From assembly GCA_963575745.1 (NCBI GenBank), contig CAUYUJ010000192.1:372001-436000 (forward strand): DNA of 64,000 bases. The letters are read 5' to 3'. The notes beneath the pieces are model-generated. The model was given only the letters and a program-made list of their open reading frames with translations. It did not search any database and had not been told where the DNA came from. Below, in pieces: positions 63,579-64,000 of this stretch. Each line of letters opens with the position of its first letter. Position 1 is the first letter of the stretch. This DNA comes from Prorocentrum cordatum. Lineage: Eukaryota. Both the position numbers and the translations under genes were made by a program.

Positions 63579-64000
63579 CAGGAAGATCCATTTGCATATT
63601 TTAGAATCGATGTTTACGCTTCGGTGCCCTCTTGCTCATCTTAACGTAGTGCTCGTGTGCAAACCAAAACTGAGACCAATTCCAACTCGAGCATGCATGT
63701 TGGCTTCCAGATCCTGTGCGTTGACATAAGGAATGTCACTTGGTCTTCGCACTCGTCTTGGGCTTCTCTACAATTAAAATCCTATTGTGGGCCTATCCCA
63801 AGATGGTTGGGATTGGGCCCAGTTTGCTTTTCGCACTGGTTGGGATTGGTCTCAGTTGGTTGGGATTGGGCCCAGTGGGTTGGGATTGGGCCCACATGCG
63901 GTTCGAACCCCCCCCCCTTTCAGCGCCAAGGGGGGTGGGGGGTCTGGACCCCCCCCCCTTCAAGGGAGGAGAAGGGGGGAAGGGGGTCCGAACCCCCCCC

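Overview
GC-rich, repeat-dominated eukaryotic DNA, most likely dinoflagellate. This is inferred from relict spliced-leader sequences (GCCATTTTGGCTCAAG-like), a GC-AG intron with AAG|G context at both ends, and a methyltransferase-bearing DIRS-class element. The centrepiece is a complete ~7.2 kb tyrosine-recombinase (DIRS-superfamily) retrotransposon at 15342-22585 on the minus strand, with PAT/Ngaro-type split direct repeats (A1-ORFs-B1-A2-B2). It encodes a small Cys-rich membrane protein, a gag-like ORF, a Pol (RT + RNase H + C5-cytosine methyltransferase) and an overlapping tyrosine recombinase, and it sits without target duplication inside the TIR of a small MITE. One plausible host gene (24872-25760, a signal-peptide/TM protein) has a single intron made of a near-perfect palindromic, Introner-like element. 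The 4.2-11.5 kb block holds decayed ORFs separated by clusters of a palindromic AGCGC-N3-GCGCT motif. The right quarter is a ~13.8 kb tandem array of 1.62 kb units (TIR module + 757 bp spacerless palindrome + 9-bp collagen-like repeat) embedded in a (TAC)n microsatellite. The rest is MITEs, foldbacks and simple repeats. No rRNA, tRNA or CRISPR was seen. All calls are by eye, with no database searches.
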